DNA of 64,000 nt from positions 3,968,001-4,032,000 of the forward strand of contig CBDCTK010000002.1 in the NCBI GenBank assembly GCA_965222225.1. Direction: 5' to 3'. The DNA is from Candidatus Poribacteria bacterium (GTDB lineage: Bacteria > Poribacteria > WGA-4E > JAJDTR01). Below are positions 8,978 through 18,892 of this stretch, piece after piece (position 1 is the first letter of the stretch; every line of letters starts with the position of its first letter). The notes under the pieces are model-generated. The model saw nothing but the letters and a program-made list of their open reading frames with translations, searched no databases and was not told the DNA's origin. The translations under genes were made by a program, and so were the position numbers.

Positions 8978-10147
8978 ATGCAAAAGGTATTCATCGTTCA
9001 TTACGCCGAGGTCGGGCTGAAGGGCAAAAACAGGTCCTTCTTTGAGAACAGGCTCGTCCGGAATATCAGGCAAGCGCTCGAAGGTACGGAATTCGTGGAT
9101 GTCCAACGGATTTACGGCAGGATTCTGGTGAGGTTGGAGGAAAGTTCGGATATCCACGAGATTCAACGACGCTTGGGCACAGTCATGGGCATCGCGCATT
9201 TTGAGCATTGCCGCGTTACCGAGCAGAATATGGAGGCAATCAAGAACGGGGCGCTTGAGTGGATTCGGGGACGGGAATTTCAAACACTGAAGGTCGAGAC
9301 GAAGCGGGCGAACAAGCTTTTTCCGCTGACCTCCCCGGAAATTAGCGCCGAGGTCGGCGGCTATTTGCTCAAGCACACCGGTGCCAAGGCGGACATGCAC
9401 CGCCCCGATCTACTGTGTTGGATTGAGATTGTCGAGAAATCAGCCTACATTTACACTGACAAGATTCGAGGAATCGGCGGATTGCCCGTCAGTGTCAGCG
9501 GCAAGGTGCTAGTCATGCTCTCCGGCGGCATCGACTCGCCCGTGGCGGCGTGGCGCATGATGAAACGCGGCGCGAAGGCGATATTTATTCACTTCTACAG
9601 CTATCCCTACACGGACAAAGCGTCGCTTGAGAAGACGGCGGAACTCGTGGAGATATTGGCGAAGTCGAATTATCGAACGCAGGTCTATTATGTCCCGTTC
9701 GCGGAGATTCAGCGCGAGATTGTGACAAAAACCCCGGCGCCGTTTCGCGTTATTCTCTATAGGCGAATGATGGTGAGGATTGCAGAGCGGATTGCGGCGC
9801 GGGAAGGAGCGTTAGCGCTTATTACGGGAGAAAGTCTCGGGCAAGTCGCCTCGCAAACCCTTGCAAATCTCAAGGTAATCGAAGATGCGGCGGGGCTGCC
9901 CATTCTGCGTCCGCTCATCGGCGATGACAAAGAAGAGATTGTCAATCTCGCCCGGCAGATTGGCACCTTTGACATATCGACACTGCCGCATCAGGACTGC
10001 TGCTCGCTTTTTGTGCCCGACCACCCTGCCACCAACGCGGCGATTGACGACGTTCAAGCCGCAGAGGACGCGCTAGAAGTCGATGCTCTCGTGGATCAGG
10101 CATTGGAAGCGGTTGAAAAACAGACCGTCAACCCCTCATTTTCCTGA
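8978..10147 (+). CDS. thiI: tRNA 4-thiouridine synthase ThiI
   Basis: HYAEVGLKGKNR, THUMP domain, PP-loop SGGIDSPV, GESLGQVASQT, QDCC. Confidence 0.95.
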   Translation: MQKVFIVHYAEVGLKGKNRSFFENRLVRNIRQALEGTEFVDVQRIYGRILVRLEESSDIHEIQRRLGTVMGIAHFEHCRVTEQNMEAIKNGALEWIRGREFQTLKVETKRANKLFPLTSPEISAEVGGYLLKHTGAKADMHRPDLLCWIEIVEKSAYIYTDKIRGIGGLPVSVSGKVLVMLSGGIDSPVAAWRMMKRGAKAIFIHFYSYPYTDKASLEKTAELVEILAKSNYRTQVYYVPFAEIQREIVTKTPAPFRVILYRRMMVRIAERIAAREGALALITGESLGQVASQTLANLKVIEDAAGLPILRPLIGDDKEEIVNLARQIGTFDISTLPHQDCCSLFVPDHPATNAAIDDVQAAEDALEVDALVDQALEAVEKQTVNPSFS

Positions 10148-10148
10148 G

Positions 10149-10322
10149 TGTAATACACCCGAAAACTAGACAGTTTAAAAAGTCTATTTCCCACTAGCAA
10201 ATCCCTTGTCATCTGTGCGATAATATGGCACATAAAAGTCATTTGTACTTCGATAGGATAGATTGTCCAGATTTCCTGCCTTGAATTCCCTTCAATTTCG
10301 TTTCAAGGACAAGGCAAGTTCA
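10149..10322. mobile_element. IS3-family-ended MITE
   Basis: TG..CA ends: TGTAATACACCCGAAAACTAGACAG ... GGCAAGTTCA. Related right ends finish at 8836, 15395 and 23727. Confidence 0.55.
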
Positions 10323-10511
10323 GGTGCGTTTCCCGAGCACAATGATACTCCAATTGTGAGTTTTTCACTCTCGCGCAAATGTCGAGTTTCGCGAAAGACT
10401 TATTGGGTCAAGTGATGTCCCCGCCCACACCAAAAGAACGAGACATAAGTGAGATATTTCTGATTAAGGTTTACGGTTTCGACCTCAAGAAATCGTTGTG
10501 TTGTATAGAAG

Positions 10512-11555
10512 TAGGAGTTACGCAGTTGGCTGAAGCGTATAAAGAGGTTGTGCCAAATAAGCCCGTACCGCATCTCTGACAATAGAGAGTTTTGCATCAA
10601 ACCAACTGATACCGGTATGATAGCAATAGTGCTCAATTCTCAGAAAGGCTCTCAGCGCTAAACCGATATGATTTCTTTGAGTGCGAGCAGAGCGCACTTG
10701 TGCGCGTTCAATGCCAACAAATTGCTTAATCCCGCGATGATATTCTTCTATTGTCCAAGACCATTCGGCATATTTGAGACGCGTCAATTCGTCCATCTGT
10801 AAATCATTCGTTGCCCAATATTCAATGTCACCTTCTGGAGTGTCAACCTTAAATACTCGAATCAATCCATAGCCTTTGAGATGGACAATTGTACCTGTTG
10901 ATTCACTCGGAAGCGTACTCACCGGACGGTTACCGGAATAATCTTTACTGACAAGTCGGTTGGCAGCTAGACGAGTAAGCCACTTCCAACCATGACCTCG
11001 CACCGCTTTTAGATTCTTTAGACTGGCATACCAACTATCAAAACACACACATTCAGGAGCAAAACCGCGTGTTTTCGCTTCTTCAAGCATGGCGCGGAAA
11101 TGCTCATTCTTCGTCAAGCCGTCTTTGGCTTTATCATAGATTCGATAATCACACGGAATATGTCTATCGCCATCCGTCCAGAGCAAAGTGACCAAGTTAA
11201 TCCCATTCACAACTCGGTGGTGTTTCCCTGACCAGTGTTTTGTCACGAGTTCAATCTTTTGTGAATAAGGTTTATCCAGAGTCGAGTCATCTATAACTAA
11301 AATTCCGGATTCTAATTTCACCTGATTTCTCGATTCTTGCCACAGTTTGCCAGTATCGGGTTCCTCTCGATGCAAGAGCCGTGTTATCGAATCGTGAGCC
11401 GGAGGATTATCAGCTTGGGGTTGAACTTTTTCCGATTCAAGACAACTGTAACTTTTCTGAGCGGCTACCAAGAAATCAATATAGTCAGTGTCAGTATATT
11501 TAGGGGGATTCATACTCAAATTATAACCTATTTTCACTCAACTGCGTAACTCCTA
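10512..11555 (-). mobile_element. IS701-like insertion sequence
   Basis: 17-bp TIR TAGGAGTTACGCAGTTG; direct repeat AGAAG at 10507-10511 and 11556-11560. Confidence 0.9.
10518..11513 (-). CDS. DDE transposase (IS701-like)
   Basis: LVIDDSTLDKP, FDSWYAS, WTIEEYHRGIKQ. Confidence 0.9.
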   Translation of the reverse strand: MNPPKYTDTDYIDFLVAAQKSYSCLESEKVQPQADNPPAHDSITRLLHREEPDTGKLWQESRNQVKLESGILVIDDSTLDKPYSQKIELVTKHWSGKHHRVVNGINLVTLLWTDGDRHIPCDYRIYDKAKDGLTKNEHFRAMLEEAKTRGFAPECVCFDSWYASLKNLKAVRGHGWKWLTRLAANRLVSKDYSGNRPVSTLPSESTGTIVHLKGYGLIRVFKVDTPEGDIEYWATNDLQMDELTRLKYAEWSWTIEEYHRGIKQFVGIERAQVRSARTQRNHIGLALRAFLRIEHYCYHTGISWFDAKLSIVRDAVRAYLAQPLYTLQPTA

Positions 11556-12206
11556 AGAAGAAACAAAGTATGGCAGAAAAGAAGCACGCTCGTGTTAGAA
11601 CCCTGAGCAGTTTTATGAAATGGGCAATACAATTCACAGATGGACAATATCTTTTTCGAGGCGTCTCAAATGACACCTATAAAATAGAAGCATCTGCCTA
11701 TCGACGCTTGCCAAAAGAAGACAGAGAGGATCCGGGTAAACTCCTCACGATTACTCAAGAGTTAATAGATAGTGCGCGGTCTTTAGGGCATGATCGGAAT
11801 GAAGGTCAACCCCGGTCGGACTTAGAGCTACTCGCCCACCTCCAGCACTACGGAGCGGCTACTTGCCTAATAGACTTCACGCGCGACGTGATGGTTGCAC
11901 TCTGGATGGCGAGTCAACAGAGCACAAAAGAAAAAGACAAAAAAAAGAAAAAAGCAAAAGGCAAAGTGTTTGCGGTACGGAGCGACAATCTTTCCCAGTT
12001 CAGAGTTGTTTCTGACGAACAACGACGCTGTGCGAAAATTGGGGATTTTTTCGAGCAAGAAAACAAGAGGTATCCGCTCTATCAATGGCAACCCAATTAC
12101 CAGAATAACCGCATCATAGCTCAGGAGTCCGTCTTTATTTTTGGCAGTGCAGACGTTCCGGTAGAAGCAGAGTGCATTATTTTACCAAGTGCCAAGCAAA
12201 AACTTT

Positions 12207-13455
12207 CGGAATTAGTAGCTTGTAGCTTTTAGACTGACGACAAACATAAAACTTGGTACCCTGTCGTAAATCTTTTCGTCACACGTAGATGTCCATAGTG
12301 ACTATTCTTCTCGTAGGAGTTTGCTATGGACATTTTGAATCTTATGAAAGAGTTTCCAAATCAAGAATCTTGTCTCAGATTTATAGAGGAAAAACGTTGG
12401 AAGGACGGTGTTTGCTGTATCCACTGTGGCAGTGAAAAAGTTGGACGCAAGAACAAAAACGACATTACTACTGGTTGGAATTGCTACGATTGTGAATCTA
12501 GCTTTTCGGCTACAGCAGGAACCATCTTCCATGGTACCAAGATACCTCTCCAGAAATGGTTTTTGGCTATCTCAATTCTTTCCAATGCCAAGAAAAGCAT
12601 ATCGAGTTGTCAGCTTGCTCGTGACTTGGACATGAATCAAAAGTCCGCTTGGTATATGGCAATGCGCCTCCGTGAGAAAATGAGTGATAGTGATGAATTG
12701 CTGAAAGGGATAGTTGAAGCGGACGAAACCTATGTCGGCGGCAAACCCAGAGCAAAATCTAAGAGAGGTAGAGGCACAAATAAATCTCCCGTCATCGGCG
12801 TAGTCGAGAGAGGCGGTCGGGTGGTTGCTAAATTCATGAAGGTTCTATCTGGTGAAAATATCAGAGAATTCATCCTTAGCAATGTCTCACCCGATGAGTC
12901 TATTCTTATGACTGATGAATTTCGCTCTTACAATAGTCTGGACGAAGATATCGAAAGACATGTTATCCATCACCAAGAGAGATATGTTTCTGAGGACGGC
13001 GTAACTCACACCAACACCATCGAGTCGTTTTGGGCTTGTGTCAAGAGGTCATTCTACGGAACGCATCATCACTACAGCAAGAAGTGGCTGCCACTGTATA
13101 TCATGGAGTCTTGCTGGAAATATAATCGCAGAAAAGATGATGAGATTTTCATAAGATTTTTTGATGAATGCTTCACCTGAGCCACATGAATTGTTTGGCT
13201 ATCGGTATATTCTGTCAACGACAACATCATGGTGTGCTGAAAATCCCATAGTGTTGGAAATTAAAATCCCGCAGATAACCCGCAATGCTCCCGCGAGCAT
13301 GTACAAACGCTTGGTCAACATGATATGCCTCCATTTCTCTCTTATAGAGATGTATTTTAGTGTGAATCAAGATTCCGAACACTGTCTAAAATGATTGTAC
13401 ATTAAGAAGAGAAAAGCAAGCAAATCGACCAAAAAGCAGTTAACTACTAAGTCCC
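12207..13455 (+). mobile_element. IS1595-family insertion sequence
   Basis: Imperfect TIR GGA(A/C)TTAGTAG..GCTTTT; 8-bp target duplication AAAACTTT at 12199-12206 and 13456-13463. Confidence 0.9.
12326..13180 (+). CDS. IS1595-family transposase
   Basis: Zn ribbon CxHC..CxxC, VEADETYVGGK, MTDE, HTNTIESFW. Confidence 0.93.
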   Translation: MDILNLMKEFPNQESCLRFIEEKRWKDGVCCIHCGSEKVGRKNKNDITTGWNCYDCESSFSATAGTIFHGTKIPLQKWFLAISILSNAKKSISSCQLARDLDMNQKSAWYMAMRLREKMSDSDELLKGIVEADETYVGGKPRAKSKRGRGTNKSPVIGVVERGGRVVAKFMKVLSGENIREFILSNVSPDESILMTDEFRSYNSLDEDIERHVIHHQERYVSEDGVTHTNTIESFWACVKRSFYGTHHHYSKKWLPLYIMESCWKYNRRKDDEIFIRFFDECFT

Positions 13456-13719
13456 AAAACTTTTAACAGATCTATATCGAATATCAGGTATCTCCGAAGC
13501 AAGCATTTATCCTGACTTTGACGGTTTTGTCAGCCAACATGCTTGGAATAAGCCGTATCGTGAACCGGACGCATTAAACATATTGCAAAAAGGAATGCAG
13601 GCGGTCCAAGGAGAAAAACGGGATGAGAGTACCCCGTCCCCCGATGTAGGTCCGTTGCGTGATCCCCAATTACCTGAAGCTACCTCGATTGAAGCGCCAA
13701 AGCCACGAGGAGAGAAAAA

Positions 13720-15258
13720 ATGAATTCACAAAGCATAGCCTATTTCAATGAAGCCATTGCTCTTTTACAACCAGGTGACCCCACTCTCGTTACTGCGCAT
13801 CATAACCGTGGCTTTGCTTACTTCCGACAAGGCGATTATAAACGTGCTCTTGAAGACTACACCAAAGCGCTTGAACTTAGACCCGATGACGTGGAAATCT
13901 ATTTCGATCGCGGCATTGCTCATTTCCATAACCGCGAATTTGACTACGCAATTCACGACTATACCGAAGCGCTAAAACGAAAGCCCGACTATGTAGAGGT
14001 TTATCATAACCGGGGTGTTGCTCATCGTATCAATCGTAACCACGATAAAGCTCTTAAGGACTTTAACAAGACCATTGAATTGAAACCATATTATTCCACA
14101 CCTTATAACAGTCGCGGCCTTGTATTCTATCAACAAGACAATTTGGACCGTGCCATCAAGGACTTTACCAAAGCAATTCAGCTAGATCCGAATTATTTCG
14201 AGGCTTTTTGCAATCGCGGCGTTGCGCGCGATGCTAAAGGAGCCCACGATCAGGCGTTCAGGGACTACTCGAAAGCAATACATCTCAATCCCAATTATAC
14301 CGAGGCGTATTACAATCGCGGCCTCGCTTATGTCACCATGAGAGACTATGATTCTGCAATTCGGGACTTTACCAAAGCAATAGAATTGCGATTTGATTTT
14401 GCCGAGGGATATAACAGCAGGGCGGTTGCCTATGACTACAAAGGCGAATTTGATAGAGCAATTCAAGACTATAACAAAGCGATAGAACTTAGACCTAACT
14501 ACACCGAAGCATATGTTTATTGCGGTATTGCATTGAGCAAGAAGGGCGAGATTGGTAGAGCAATTCGAGGCTTTAACAAGGCTATAGAACTTCAACCGAA
14601 TTACGCTATCGCGTATGTCAATCGCGGATTAGCGTACTACAATTCAGGAGATTCCAATCATGCTCTTGAAGATTACGATAAGGCGATAAAGTTCGATCCG
14701 AGTCTCGCTCAGGCCTATAACAATCGTGGCAACGTACACCGGCGAAACGGGAATTATGACCGTGCCTTCTTGGACTATAACAAGGCAATTGAGCTAAAGC
14801 CGGATTATGCCGAGCCTTACAACAATCGCGGAAATGCTTACAGTGACAAGGACGAGCATGAGCGTGCTATCGAAGACTATTACACGGCGATAAAACTCAA
14901 ACCAGAGTTAGCCAAGCCGTATAGTAACCGTGGTGTTGCGTATTTCCACATGGGGGAGACGGAACTTGCCATTGAAAACTATAACAAAGCAATAGGACTG
15001 GCCCCCGATGATGGTGATACCTACTACAATCGTGCTGAGGTGTGGTTACATCGGAGCCAATGGGAGGACGCCCACGAGGATTTGAAGATTGCTAAAGGCA
15101 AGGGCACGGATATCATTGCTGCATTCCAGAACGACTACCAAAGCGTCAAGGACTTTGAGAAGAAAATCAATGTTGAACTGCCCACACATATCGCTGATAT
15201 GCTGACGAGCGAACTGCCTAGGAGTGCGATTACCCCAAAAAACCAGCCGGTCGAATAA
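13720..15258 (+). CDS. Tetratricopeptide-repeat protein (about 13 TPRs)
   Basis: 34-aa AYxNRG..A..DYxKAIEL.P repeats. Its C-terminus resembles that of 18893-21034. Confidence 0.92.
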   Translation: MNSQSIAYFNEAIALLQPGDPTLVTAHHNRGFAYFRQGDYKRALEDYTKALELRPDDVEIYFDRGIAHFHNREFDYAIHDYTEALKRKPDYVEVYHNRGVAHRINRNHDKALKDFNKTIELKPYYSTPYNSRGLVFYQQDNLDRAIKDFTKAIQLDPNYFEAFCNRGVARDAKGAHDQAFRDYSKAIHLNPNYTEAYYNRGLAYVTMRDYDSAIRDFTKAIELRFDFAEGYNSRAVAYDYKGEFDRAIQDYNKAIELRPNYTEAYVYCGIALSKKGEIGRAIRGFNKAIELQPNYAIAYVNRGLAYYNSGDSNHALEDYDKAIKFDPSLAQAYNNRGNVHRRNGNYDRAFLDYNKAIELKPDYAEPYNNRGNAYSDKDEHERAIEDYYTAIKLKPELAKPYSNRGVAYFHMGETELAIENYNKAIGLAPDDGDTYYNRAEVWLHRSQWEDAHEDLKIAKGKGTDIIAAFQNDYQSVKDFEKKINVELPTHIADMLTSELPRSAITPKNQPVE

Positions 15259-15648
15259 GGTGTATTTCCAACAGACAAATCTGCCATTACCTATGCGATA
15301 ATGCTACACTGAGACGCACTTTAGACGTGCCAGGCTCAAGCAGATTTCCACCTTAAATCCCCTCCATTTCTGTCTAAAGGATAGGGGTAAGTTCAACCCA
15401 CAATCCCTCTGCTTATTGCAATTGCCGGTTTATGATGGAAACTTACCACCAGCGTAACCACAAATGAGGATATCAAAGAACTCAAGGCTGACATGCTAGA
15501 GATTCGGTAAATGCTTTTCACCCACATGAGCGACGAAGAAAAACACTCCTGAAATCACATTCTATTCATCAAATCCCGCGATGCATCGCGTCACGTCTAC
15601 TGCATTACATGCTGCGTCCTGTTCTCGCACGCGCAAAGGAGGTGTATT

Positions 15649-15971
15649 GTGCAAACACACTGTTGTTGTCCCAAATGGTACGATGTCCTTGATTTAGACC
15701 CGTATTCGCCCTGATCGACAAATATGAGGCACAGCCCGTCTTTAGCAAGGGCTTTAGTATTTATCAGCCCTGCTTTATGTGCCAGAACGACGATCGAATC
15801 CCGGAAAACCCCTACGCAATTGACGAATTCAATGCTAAGGAGTTGTTTGGCGAATTGCCACACCCCGAAACGTTGAATCTATATTTCGTTGGTACCAACG
15901 ATGGCAACTTTGGGACGCAGGGCGTGCATCACCCACCCATTCTTGAAGGGTGCGATCAAGCGACTGATTAA
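15649..15971 (+). pseudogene. Degenerate small Cys-rich ORF
   Basis: Strong SD AAGGAGGTG then MQTHCCCPKWYDVLDLDP; a 1-nt shift continues into ..PCFMCQNDDRIPENP..; ends in a hairpin-repeat cluster. Confidence 0.3.
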
Positions 15972-16236
15972 GGAGACCAAGCAAGCGAATAGCGCGCGCG
16001 ATAGAAAATCCCGCGCTATTGAGATCCTGTTGCCGCGTCCTGTAACGAGTTGACCACGTAACCCGCCGCGTTAATATGCACTTGCGATCTTCGGCAGATG
16101 CCCCTGTGGTTGCTGCCCGCAGTCTTACCTATCGGAGGTAGTGCGCGAGGATACCCAAACTCCAGACGCGGGGATGAAGTGCGCGCTATTTGTAATCACT
16201 AAGGTCGGGGTTAACTTGGCGATTTCGCCATTCAGA

Positions 16237-16668
16237 TTAGGTGCTCTCGTCTTGATGGGGGCGCAACTGTTCGTCAACGCTATACTTTCCCGCGCCAATC
16301 ACGATTAAACTCAAGAAAACGATTCCGAGTTCGATGGCATGCGAGGCACCGCTCAGACCATCACCTCGACTCAGATGGCTAACAGCAGCAACCAGCATGG
16401 TTATCGTCAAGAGGATACAAGCCGGTCGAAAAACTATGCCGAGGATTAGACAGACACCGCCAAAGAACTCGGAAATCGCTGCCATGAATCCCCAGAATGC
16501 CGGCAAGAACCCGATGCCTAGACTCGCCATTGCCATGCCAATCTGTGTCCATTTCTCCGCGCCGCCAAATAGTTTGGGCGCTCCGTGAACGATGAACATC
16601 AACCCGATTCCGATGCGGAGCACTAAAAGACCGGTGTGCCTATGCTTGTTCAAAAATGTCAACACCAT
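16237..16668 (-). CDS. DoxX family membrane protein
   Basis: LLVLRIGIGLMFIVHGAPKL..EFFGG..GAGKYSVD. Confidence 0.9.
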   Translation of the reverse strand: MVLTFLNKHRHTGLLVLRIGIGLMFIVHGAPKLFGGAEKWTQIGMAMASLGIGFLPAFWGFMAAISEFFGGVCLILGIVFRPACILLTITMLVAAVSHLSRGDGLSGASHAIELGIVFLSLIVIGAGKYSVDEQLRPHQDEST

Positions 16669-17071
16669 TTCCCTGATTCTCCTTTCCTGCGATGGGTCAA
16701 TAGACCTTAAGGGAGACGACCAATGCTACGCTTCGCTTTAGCCGTCGCCGCGGCAGGGAGTGAAACTTATGCCGTTTAAACTCATCCGTTGAAATATAAT
16801 CTCCCCGGCTGGTTATGGTTGGTGCAATCTATAGCCTTTTGCTTCAAAAAGCGGAAGTCACCGGGTAAGACGGACGGGCTATGCGTGCGCCTCTCGGGAG
16901 ATTGTGATTGTCACGGTAACATAGCTGGTATACACTGTCAACAGTATAGACATTTACATTAATGTTTACACATATTGCGGTCTACAGGAAAGCAGACGAC
17001 CAGACGGACGCAAAATGAATGGAATAGAAATGTGCGATTTGATGATAGAAGATTGTGATGACAAACCGACT

Positions 17072-17255
17072 GTAGGAGATCAAGCGAGTGGTTAACGAGT
17101 GCGATAGAGATCCCTCTCCGAATCACGACCTCCTATCGCGAGCAAAACTCCCTCCTACAGAAGACGCGTAATAAAGGGATTTCTATCGATCAACCGACTG
17201 GATAAGGAGGACGATAGTAAATCCTGATCGCTATTCGCTCCCTTGATCGCGACTA
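17072..17255. repeat. REP doublet with nested GATCAA..GCGATAG units on both strands
   Basis: Plus units at 17078-17107 and 17188-17217, the second nested within a minus-strand unit. A version lacking the first insert is at 60438-60510. Confidence 0.8.
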
Positions 17256-17608
17256 CAAACCGAACAGTGTAAATCCTATATGCATAAATCTTGGTTGAAA
17301 CGACTATATCTGTTCCAATCTCGGCAGAAACTACCCGGTAGTTGGAAGTGTCAAGAACGCATACATCGGGGCCTCCAGAACCATATTGGGTATCATTGCA
17401 ATCAACTTGGACTCTTGGACTCATAGGGCAAACGCGCGTTCCCGTAGCAAGTTTCATTCCCACACTTAACCCTGAAGACCCGACCGCAAATAAGCGAAAT
17501 TAGGGCAAGTTTCGCTTACATTGGGTGGCTATCAAGTCTTACCAAGTAAACCCCAACGCTTTACCCCTCTCCATCACGCACCAAGTCAAGAATCTTTTGG
17601 GGATTCTG

Positions 17609-18178
17609 TCAAACCCTTTCAAACATCTCTAATCCCTCACGGCATACAGCGTCACACAATTTTTTGAACACAACTCCTTTAAGGGCAATACCCATGACAC
17701 TGAGTTCTTTAGCTAATTCGCTGCCAGCGGGAACGAAATGGACATTCGGCGAATTAGGAATTAGCCTCCTATGTGTCGAGCCAAGCAGAAAAATCTGAGT
17801 GACCGCATCTGTAACCCCAAAAGGGAGTTCTAACGCTTGAACGTACTCTTTACCCAATAAGAAGAAAACTAAATCATAGCGCCTAATTAACACCTTTGTC
17901 CGTTCATGAAGTTGAAGGCTGTGGCTACGCTCTAAGATTTCATTTGTCCTGAGACCTTGAAATGTACAATTGTAAGGAGCTATAACTTTGCATTCACTGA
18001 GCAAACCATATTTCGCGGAAACAATTGCTAAATCAACGGCTTGCTCTCCATAAACTTGCCGAACCTGTTTCAGCCCTTCCATCAAACGCCTATGCTGAAG
18101 TCCGGTATACATCTTTGCAGCAGGTGCTTCACAATTTAGCTTATCGCTTGTGCATGAACTGATAACCAATCTCTTCAT
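17609..18178 (-). CDS. DUF6884-like hypothetical protein
   Basis: VISSCTSDK..APAAKMYTG..H..IVSAKYGLL....IAPYN pattern. The TGA may be slightly premature because the frame continues QNPQKILDLV. Confidence 0.6.
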   Translation of the reverse strand: MKRLVISSCTSDKLNCEAPAAKMYTGLQHRRLMEGLKQVRQVYGEQAVDLAIVSAKYGLLSECKVIAPYNCTFQGLRTNEILERSHSLQLHERTKVLIRRYDLVFFLLGKEYVQALELPFGVTDAVTQIFLLGSTHRRLIPNSPNVHFVPAGSELAKELSVMGIALKGVVFKKLCDAVCREGLEMFERV

Positions 18179-18892
18179 GCTGCAAACTCCTTTCCATATC
18201 ACGACAACATCTGTACTATCATGACCACTTAATCAACAACCTCAAAGGCTTTCGTGTCCGGAGTAACGAACAGACCAATCCTCAAATCCATTCGATCTTC
18301 GGCCGCCATTATCGCACGAGGCTGCTAAACAACCAAGTTGCGGAATTAATGCAAGTATAGCAGCTATTACGTTGCTCATCATTTGCATAGTATCAATTCC
18401 TTAAACTTCAGGTCTAAGCTCGACTTTGTGCATTTGTAGGGCGGGCATCGCCCACCATCTACGTAGAGTGCACACTTCGATAGAAATTCCACCACCCTGT
18501 GAAAGCGCCAGCGGCGATCAAGCGAGTGAATAGCGAGTGCGATAGTAGTCCGTTCATCTTGCCCCGACCTCTTGAGGTGCAGAACAGTAGGTTGGGTTGA
18601 GCGGTCATTTCCGAACTCAAAAGAACTCCCCTCTTCAATGACCAACCTGCCTAAACAACAGAGCGAAACCCAACTCCGCCACCACAATCGAACGATATAG
18701 CTTTCAATGCGATGGAGCTCCCATAGATGTTCCCCGCCCGCCTTTGAAAGCTCCACCTCGCCGACAGTTGTATGCAATCACCCAAATACCCGCTTAGCCG
18801 CCACAACTTCATTTCTCCCTATCAAATCCCTCCTCGTCTGTGCAATAATATCTATTGGAAACGCTCAAATAAATCTGGGAGACGAAAACCAA

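Larger units (their letters stand above)
11570..13723 (+). pseudogene. FRG-domain protein interrupted by IS1595
   Basis: YLFRG, LQHYGAATCLIDFT, NNRIIAQESVF. Excising the IS restores QKL-LTDLYRISGISEASIYPDFDGF...KK* with the stop at 13721-13723. Confidence 0.85.

Noticed and set aside
16700-16820. Possible attC site upstream of DoxX
   Set aside because: It has a GCTACGCTTCGC flavour but no matching RYYYAAC/GTTRRRY core pair, and the nearby recombinase is not IntI-like.
17609-17611. TGA at the end of the DUF6884-like gene as selenocysteine
   Set aside because: No Cys-motif context or clear SECIS hairpin; a true stop or nonsense mutation is simpler.
18707-18892. Extended 775-aa start for the FRG-TPR gene
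   Set aside because: The extension is not protein-like, and a GGGAG SD precedes ATG 18893.
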